Origin: Eledone cirrhosa
Taxonomy: Eukaryota
Assembly: GCA_964016885.1 (NCBI GenBank)
Contig: CAXHJY010000928.1
Location: forward strand, 1-64,000
Direction: 5' to 3'
Length of the DNA: 64,000 nucleotides
The translations under genes were made by a program, and so were the position numbers. The notes below the pieces were generated by a model. The model saw only the letters and a list, made by a program, of their open reading frames with translations, had not been told where the DNA came from and did not search any database. Positions 54,601-64,000 of the stretch are shown here, one piece after another (the stretch's first letter is position 1; each line of letters opens with the position of its first letter).

Positions 54601-57600
54601 ACTCACACACACACATATATATAGACACACATTCATATAACTACTCACACACACATACATATAGACACACATACATATAACTACTCACACACACATACAT
54701 ATATAGACACACTTTCATATAACTACTCACACATACATATATATATATAGACACACATTCATATAACTACTCACACACACATATATAGACACACATTCAT
54801 ATAACTACTCACACACACATACATATATAGACACACATTCATATAACTACTCACACACATATATAGACACACATACATATAACTACTCACACACACATAC
54901 ATATATAGACACACATTCATATAACTACCCACACATACATATATAGACACACATTCATATAACTACTCACACATACATATATAGACACACATACATATAA
55001 CTACTCACACACACATACATATATAGACACACATACAGATAACTACCCACACACACATATATAGACACACATTCATATAACTACACACACACACATATAT
55101 AGACACACATTCATATAACTACTCACACACACATACATATATAGACACACATTCATATAACTACACACACATACATATATAGACACACATTCATATAACT
55201 ACTCACACACACATACATATATAGACACACATTCATATAACTACTCACACACACATACATATATAGACACACATACATATAACTACCCACACACACATAT
55301 ATAGACACACATACATATAACTACTCACACACATACATATATAGACACACATTCATATAACTACTCACACACACACATATATAGACACACATACATATAA
55401 CTACTCACACACATACATATATAGACACACATCCATATAACTACTCACACACACATATATATATAGACACACATTCATATAACTACTCACACACACATAC
55501 ATATATAGACATACATATAACTACTCACACACACATACATATATAGACACACATACATATAACTACTCACACACACATACATATATATAGACACACATTC
55601 ATATAACTACTCACACACATATACATATATAGACACACATACATATAACTACTCACACACACATACATATATAGACACACATTCATATAACTACTCACAC
55701 ATACATATATAGACACACATTCATATAACTACTCACACACATACATATATGGACATACATATAACTACTCACACACACATACATATAGACACACATACAT
55801 ATAACTACTCACACACACATACATATATAGACACACTTTCATATAACTACTCACACACACATATATAGACACACATTCATATAACTACTCACACACACAT
55901 ACATATATAGACACACATTCATATAACTACTCACACACTCATATATAGACACACGTTCATATAACTACTCACACACACATACATATATAGACACACATTC
56001 ATATAACTACTCACACACTCATATATAGACACACGTTCATATAACTACTCACACACACATACATATATAGACACACATTCATATAACTACTCACACACAC
56101 ACATATATATAGACACACATTCATATAACTACTCACACACACATATATAGACACACATTCATATAACTACTCACACACATATATATAGACATACATATAA
56201 CTACTCACACACACATACATATAGACACACATACATATAACTACTCACACACACATACATATATAGACACACTTTCATATAACTACTCACACATACATAT
56301 ATAGACACACATTCATATAACTACTCACACACACATATATAGACACACATACATATAACTACCCACACACATATACATATATAGACACACATTCATATAA
56401 CTACTCACACACACATATATAGACACACGGTCATATAACTACTCACACACACATACATATATAGACACACATTCATATAACTACTCACACACACACATAT
56501 ATATAGACACACATTCATATAACTACTCACACACACATATATAGACACACATTCATATAACTACTCACACACATACATATATAGACATACATATAACTAC
56601 TCACACACACATACATATAGACACACATACATATAACTACTCACACACACATACATATATAGACACACTTTCATATAACTACTCACACATACATATATAG
56701 ACACACATTCATATAACTACTCACACACACATATATAGACACACATTCATATAACTACTCACACACACATACATATATAGACACACATTCATATAACTAC
56801 TCACACACACATATATAGACACACGGTCATATAACTACTCACACACACATACATATATAGACACACATTCATATAACTACTCACACACACACATATATAT
56901 AGACACACATTCATATAACTACTCACACACACATATATAGACACACATTCATATAACTACTCACACACATACATATATAGACATACATATAACTACTCAC
57001 ACACACATACATATAGACACACATACATATAACTACTCACACACACATACATATATAGACACACTTTCATATAACTACTCACACATACATATATATATAT
57101 AGACACACATTCATATAACTACTCACACACACATATATAGACACACATTCATATAACTACTCACACACACATACATATATAGACACACATTCATATAACT
57201 ACTCACACACATATACATATATAGACACACATTCATATAACTACTCACACATACATATATAGACACACATACATATAACTACTCACACACACATACATAT
57301 ATAGACACACATACATATAACTACCCACACACACATATATAGACACACATTCATATAACTACACACACACACATATATAGACACACATTCATATAACTAC
57401 TCACACACACATACATATATAGACACACATACATATAACTACCCACACACACATATATAGACACACATTCATATAACTACACACACACACATATATAGAC
57501 ACACATACATATAACTACTCACACATACATATATAGACACACATTCATATAACTACTCACACACATACATATATAGACACACATTCATATAACTACTCAC

Positions 57601-60580
57601 ACACACATACATATATAGACACACATTCATATAACTACTCACACACACATATATAGACACACATTCATATAACTACTCACACACATACATATATAGACAC
57701 ACATACATATAACTACCCACACACACATATATAGACACACATTCATATAACTACACACACACACATATATAGACACACATTCATATAACTACTCACACAC
57801 ACATACATATATAGACACACATACATATAACTACCCACACACACATATATAGACACACATTCATATAACTACACACACATACATATATAGACACACATTC
57901 ATATAACTACTCACACACACATACATATATAGACACACATTCATATAACTACTCACACACACATACATATATAGACACACATTCATATAACTACTCACAC
58001 ACACATACATATATAGACACACATACATATAACTACCCACACACACATATATAGACACACATACATATAACTACTCACACACATACATATATAGACACAC
58101 ATTCATATAACTACTCACACACACACATATATAGACACACATACATATAACTACTCACACACACATATATATATAGACACACATTCATATAACTACTCAC
58201 ACACACATACATATATAGACATACATATAACTACTCACACACACACACATACATATATAGACACACATACATATAAATACTCACACACACATACATATAT
58301 ATAGACACACATTCATATAACTACTCACACACATACATATATAGACACACATTCATATAACTACTCACACACACATACATATATAGACACACATTCATAT
58401 AACTACTCACACACACATACATATATAGACACACATTCATATAACTACTCACACACACATACATATATAGACACACATACATATAACTACCCACACACAC
58501 ATATATAGACACACATACATATAACTACTCACACACACATACATATATAGACACACATTCATAAAACTACTCACACATACATATATAGACACACATTCAT
58601 ATAACTACTCACACACACATATATATATAGACACACATTCATATAACTACTCACACACACATACATATATAGACACACATTCATATAACTACTCACACAC
58701 ACACATACATATATAGACACACATTCATATAACTACTCACACACATACATATATAGACACACATACATATAACTACTCACACACACATACATATATAGAC
58801 ACACATTCATATAACTACTCACACATACATATATATATAGACACACATACATATAACTACTCACACACACATATATATATAGACACACATACATATAACT
58901 ACTCACACACACATACATATATAGACACACATACATATAACTACTCACACACATACATATATATATAGACACACATTCATATAACTACTCACACATACAT
59001 ACATATATAGACACACATACATATAACTACCCACACACATATACATATATAGACACACATTCATATAACTACTCACACACACATATATAGACGCACATTC
59101 ATATAACTACTCACACACACATACATATATAGACACACATTCATATAACTACTCACACATACATATATAGACACACATTCATATAACTACTCACACACAC
59201 ATATATAGACACACATTCATATAACTACTCACACACATACATATATAGACACACATACATATAACTACCCACACACATATACATATATAGACACACATTC
59301 ATATAACTACTCACACATACATACATATATAGACACACATACATATAACTACTCACACACACATACATATATAGACATACATAACTACTCACACATACAT
59401 ATATAGACATACATACATATAACTACTCACACACACATACATATATAGACACACATTCATATAACTACTCACACACACATACATATATAGACACACATAC
59501 ATATAACTACTCACACACACATATATAGACACACATACATATAACTACTCACACACACATATATAGACACACATACATATAACTACTCACACACACATAC
59601 ATATATAGACACACATTCATATAACTACTCACACATACATATATAGACATACATACATATAACTACTCACACATACATATATAGACACACATTCATATAA
59701 CTACTCACACACATACATATATAGACACACATTCATATAACTACTCACACACACATACATATATAGACATACATTCATATAACTACTCACACACACATAT
59801 ATAGACACACATACATATAACTACTCACACACACATACATATATAGACACACATACATATAACTACTCACACATACATATATAGACACACATTCATATAA
59901 CTACTCACACACACATACATATATAGACACACATTCATATAACTACTCACACATACATATATATATAGACACACATTCATATAACTACTCACACATACAT
60001 ATATAGACACACATTCATATAACTACTCACACATACATATATAGACACATTCATATAACTACTCACACACACATACATATATAGACATACATACATATAA
60101 CTACTCACACATACATATATAGACACACATTCATATAACTACTCACACATACATATATAGACACACATACATATAACTACTCACACACACATACATATAT
60201 AGACACACATTCATATAACTACTCACACACACATACATATATAGACACACATTCATATAACTACTCACACACATATATATATAGACACACATACATATAA
60301 CTACTCACACACACATACATATATAGACACACATACATATAACTACTCACACATACATACATATATATAGACACACATTCATATAACTACTCACACACAT
60401 ATAAATATATAGACACATATTCATATAACTACTCACACACACATACATATATAGACACACATTCATATAACTACTCACACACACATACATATATAGACAC
60501 ACATTCATATAACTACTCACACACACATACATATATAGACACACATACATATAACTACTCACACATACATATATATATAT

Positions 60581-61931
60581 GTTTCTTTTATTTGCCACTA
60601 GGGCATCAAAAGTGGGACAAGTACAAAGGGGGGAGTTTACACAAAAAGGCGTCCTCAATAATGAGGAGGCAATAACAAAATATAAAAATAAAATAAGATT
60701 TAACAAAAAATAAAATTTATAACAAAATCCTCAATAGAGAGGAGGCGCCTTGGGGGGTCGCGCACACCCCCGAAAAAAGTGTGCAACCCTTCTCCTCAGG
60801 AGCACAGAGAAGGGGTGCTCCCTTGGTCTTTCATCTTCCTCACCTATAGTCTGATGTAGAGTGAAGGCCCATTCACACGGGCCATTCTCGCCACTTTCAC
60901 CCATCTTTCATAGATGGCCGAAATGATATCGGAAGAAACGGACCAGTTGTTGGCCAGAGAGAAAGGTGCCTGACCTCAGTCCTTTCAGACGCGTCCACCA
61001 TACAACCTCTTTCGCCATGGCTATTACGCACAGAAACACCGCCTCTGCTTCATCTTTGAAGGGGGGAGGCGGCTTGATCATTACAATAGACTCGGTGGTC
61101 AACCGGATCGGTCCCACCCTTGACAGCAGTTGTTCGACATAGCCCCACAGATCGGCTACGCCCGAGCAGTGTACCAATGCGTGTGCAACGGTTTCCTCGT
61201 CGCACACGCATCTGGGACAGATCTTTTTGGCGGGGTCCCTACCCGGGCGCCCGTGTCTGTAGAGCTTTTCTCGAACGGGTAGAGCCCCTCGGTAGCACTG
61301 CCAGGCCAGGGACTTCTGGAAGTTGTCCATAGGTCCCGGGCTGAATGTCCTACTGAACAGGCTGGCCAGTTCGTCCTCCTCCATGTCTAGGGATTCTCCG
61401 AGGGCGTCGTCGCACCTGCTGCGTACCAGCCCTCTATAGAATGTTGCGGTGGAGTCTCCACCGATAACCGGATCCGCCTGCCAGAGGGCGGTGAGCGCCT
61501 GGGCGCACTCGGTGTGCCAGGCGCCCAGTTTTCTTGGTCTTTTCTTGACCCAGGATTGCAGCTCGGTGAGTGAGACGAGTCTGGGAAAGGTTCGTCTCAC
61601 AAACGAGGCCCACACCGGTTGTCCGGTGAGGAATACGTAGAGGTGCCGTAGCCTTAATGCGTGTTTACGCATCATTAGCCACGGCATCCCCAGCCCTCCT
61701 TTCGAAGGGTGTTGACAGCAGATGGATCTCCTCACCATAGGAGCCCGCCTCTTCCAAAGGAATTGGAAGAGCGCGCGCTCCATCTTGGTGAGGGTTTCCC
61801 TTGGGCAGGGCACTACGGTCAGGCGGTAGTAGATGACGGACGCTATGTAGGTGTTCGCCACCTCCGCCCGACCTTTCAGGGATAGTTTGCAACTGGCCCA
61901 CTTCTGGGTCAGTGCAAACACCCTGTTCGTA
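60581..61931 (-). mobile_element. 5'-truncated L1/Tx1-clade non-LTR retrotransposon
   Basis: GC-rich 1.35-kb island in the satellite. It encodes the post-RT part of ORF2 and has a T-rich 3' UTR with AATAAA (TTTATT at 60587-60592 on +) just before the end. It is flanked on both sides by (AT)n from a split monomer. Confidence 0.92.
60844..61930 (-). pseudogene. L1/Tx1 ORF2 C-terminal fragment (thumb/linker region and CCHC zinc knuckle, zf-RVT-like)
   Basis: Motifs W...LSLKGR, FLW, KGGLG.P, W...RGALPV and CPRC-x7-H-x4-C...W are typical of L1/Tx1 ORF2. The ORF-track start (MCVYIYI) is satellite-derived. The frame breaks near 60915-60925, and another frame continues ...YERWVKVARMARVNGPSLYIRL* to a stop at 60844-60846. 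Confidence 0.88.
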
Positions 61932-62955
61932 ATATATATATAGACACACATTCATATAACTACTCACACACACATACATATATAGACACACATTCATATA
62001 ACTACTCACACATACATATATAGACACACATACATATAACTACTCACACACACATACATATATAGACACACATTCATATAACTACTCACACATACATACA
62101 TATATAGACACACATTCATATAACTACTCACACACACATACATATATAGACACACATTCATATAACTACTCACACACATACATATATAGACACACATTCA
62201 TATAACTACTCACACACACATATAGACACACATTCATATAACTACTCACACACATACATATATAGACACATTCATATAACTACTCACACACACATATATA
62301 TATAGACACACATTCATATAACTATTCACACACATACATATATAGACACACATTCATATAACTACTCACACACACATACATATAGACACACATACATATA
62401 ACTACTCACACACACATATATATATAACTACACATACATGTAACTCCTGAAATTCACAGGTATGACGTCGCAAAACAATAGTCACACCTGTAGTTTCAGT
62501 AAAAACCCCTTTAAAATGATCTCAGTAACTGCTACTATACAATATCAATGGTGATATATATTATATTACAATATATTATACTATATTATATTATTTCATC
62601 TTATACTATATTACATTATTTGTCTGTGTGTCCTTCCCTAACTGATCATTTAGAGAAGGAACACATCATTCGTTCGCTTTGTTTTGCATCGTTTTTGTTT
62701 TCACATTACAAATGATAGAAGTAACCCTGAAATATACTGGATAAAAGCAACACTGTTTTATTTTATTAGTCATCCTTTACCCTTTATGTATTTCACCGCA
62801 TTGTGCTGCCATTTCACAATGCTTCATATTAACTATACTATTATATATATATATATGTGTGTATATATATATTTCGTTTCTGAATTTATTTAGCAAGATT
62901 CTTTATCTGAAAACGTGTGTTGAAACCGATATTGTTATGCTTAACAATAAAGCAT

Positions 62956-62959
<4 letters not shown>

Positions 62960-63004
<45 letters not shown>

Positions 63005-63018
63005 ATAGATAGATAGAT
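62960..63018. repeat. (TA)n followed by (AGAT)4 microsatellite
   Basis: Read directly. Confidence 0.95.
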
Positions 63019-63547
63019 CTAGCAGTTTGATACCTCAGTAATTTCTTCTCTCTAATGTCCTTGTAGTCAGTTGTTGGGTATGACACCTTCTTGTGCTACC
63101 TGGTTGTATGGAAGAAGTTTAAAGAACTACCAACCTTTCAGTTGTAGATAGTCGGAAGCAACAATAACACCTATTTCATGGGCCACCTCCGAATAAAATA
63201 CTTCCTCTATTCTCTGTCCCTGTCTGTCGTAATTCCTTTATTGATTAACTAATTATGCAATCCGCACCTTATGATGTCGCCACGTCCTTACTTAACGAGG
63301 CCATTGAAATATTTATACTGTTTTTTTTGCAATAATAAAACTTTAAAGGAATATTACGAGTGAGGCCTCCTATTATTTTAATCAAATTAATATTTAACTC
63401 TGTTGATACAGCGAGATTCAACATCAACGATGGATGAGTTACATAACGGAAAATGCTTTTTCCTAATATTACATCACGGTTAACTAAACAGAATGACCAG
63501 TTCTCTCCATTGGTGAACCACTAAACATAAATGAATATATATATATA

Positions 63548-63600
63548 TTTAATATAGAAATAGCTTCTACAGGACTGGAACTGTTTCATTCGGGAGAAAT
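63548..63600 (-). mobile_element. Fragment of the same hammerhead-bearing repeat family as 2505-2614 (3' half of the ribozyme only)
   Basis: The minus strand reads ...CCCGAAT-GAAA-CAG-ttccagtc-CTG-TA-GAAGCTATTTCTATATTAAA, homologous to 2564-2611. The CUGANGA half is missing where the CR1 tail begins. Confidence 0.7.
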
Positions 63601-63602
63601 AT

Positions 63603-64000
63603 ATAATAATAATAATGAAATTATTGTGTAAAGTGCTCAGGTGCACCACAACTCGTCAATATAGTACACAGAACAATACACAAATGCCAGGGAAGTACAT
63701 GTTTGTATGTGTTAGCTGTAGTGTTGGTGGATCTCGGAAAGCATGGAGGCCTTAAAGGATGCAGTGTCTCGACAGCTAACAACTGATGCAGGTAGTTTGT
63801 TCCATGCTTCAGCAACTCTGAGCGTGAAAAAAATGTTTCCGAAAGTCATGGGAACTGTGCTGTTTTCTTACTTTGTGGGCATGTCCACGTGTGTTAGACA
63901 CATGGAAATCGAAAAGGCACTCAGGGTTGTTGTTGGCAACATGGTTAACAATTTTGTGGGTGTTTACCAAGTCAGTTGCCAGGCGTCGGAGCTTCAATGA
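63603..64000 (-). mobile_element. CR1-type LINE 3' end, copy C (continues beyond window)
   Basis: The minus strand encodes SLKLRRLATDLVNTHKIV...LFDFHVSNTRGHAHKVRKQHSSHDFRKHFF. After a +1 frameshift in the A7 run (63827-63833) it continues TLRVAEAWNKLPASVVSCRDTASFKASMLSEIHQHYS* (stop 63712-63714). It has the same 3' stem-loop and (ATT)n tail as copies A/B but is clearly diverged from them. Confidence 0.92.

Larger units (their letters stand above)
2785..62450. repeat. Large microsatellite-derived minisatellite/satellite array, monomer 36-46 bp (consensus ATAACTACTCACACACACATACATATATAGACACACATTCAT)
   Basis: Head-to-tail monomers in one orientation throughout. Nearly invariant anchors TATAACTACTC and TAGACAC are separated by variable (CA)n, ATAC and (TA)n modules and an ATTC/ATAC toggle. 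Degenerate monomers occur at both edges. The array is interrupted by three LINE fragments. Confidence 0.99.

Noticed and set aside
60770-60800. CTGAGGA on the minus strand in the Tx1 3' UTR as a hammerhead core
   Set aside because: No GAAA follows the potential stem II, and there is no stem I/III arrangement.
61120-62027. ORFs 61120-61332, 61449-61640 and 61665-62027
   Set aside because: These are antisense or alternative frames of the GC-rich Tx1 ORF2 fragment, one of them starting in satellite sequence.
2933-62197. Dozens of minus-strand ORFs repeating MYVCVSSYMNVCLY
   Set aside because: These are translations of runs of 42-bp monomers. Frames break whenever a 38- or 40-bp monomer occurs, so there is no sign of coding constraint.
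2785-62450. CRISPR-like appearance (constant anchor with variable intervening sequence) or telomeric repeat
   Set aside because: The variable parts are only dinucleotide count variants, not unique spacers. There are no cas genes, the context is eukaryotic, and there is no TTAGGG/TTAGG-type unit.
62900-62952. TTTAT-CTGAAAA...GAAA...ATAAAG resembling another hammerhead
   Set aside because: The core lacks G8 (CTGAAAA), stem II does not pair convincingly and stem III geometry does not fit.
62451-63540. Unique AT-rich right flank with short ORFs (62684-62893, 62886-63086)
   Set aside because: There is no recognisable protein motif, RNA gene or supported exon, and both ORFs run through (TA)n tracts.

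Overview
This is eukaryotic, AT-rich, gene-free DNA. The microsatellite load and LINE types suggest an invertebrate such as a cephalopod, but that is inference only. About 59.7 kb (c. 2785-62450) is one minisatellite/satellite array with a 36-46 bp monomer (42-bp consensus ATAACTACTC-ACACACAC-ATAC-ATATATAG-ACACAC-ATTC-AT). It holds roughly 1,400 copies by length estimate and is built from nested kb-scale tandem duplications. Three retroelement fragments interrupt it, all inside the (TA)n part of a monomer: two apparently identical 5'-truncated CR1-type LINE 3' ends (3781-4225, 6170-6614) and a 5'-truncated L1/Tx1-type LINE on the minus strand (60581-61931). A third CR1 copy runs off the right end. 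The most notable signal is in the first 2.7 kb and is not shown by the ORF track. There are three sequence-divergent but structurally complete minimal type I hammerhead ribozyme motifs on the + strand (51-117, 1301-1365, 2361-2420), plus a degenerate fourth (2548-2594) inside an inverted repeat. The three intact motifs share a self-complementary stem III, an AUA cleavage triplet and a pyrimidine mismatch at position 4 of stem II, and pairs of them share downstream motifs. They look like Penelope-like-element (pLTR) or retrozyme-type remnants. No host protein-coding gene is supported. Nearly all listed ORFs are translations of repeats.
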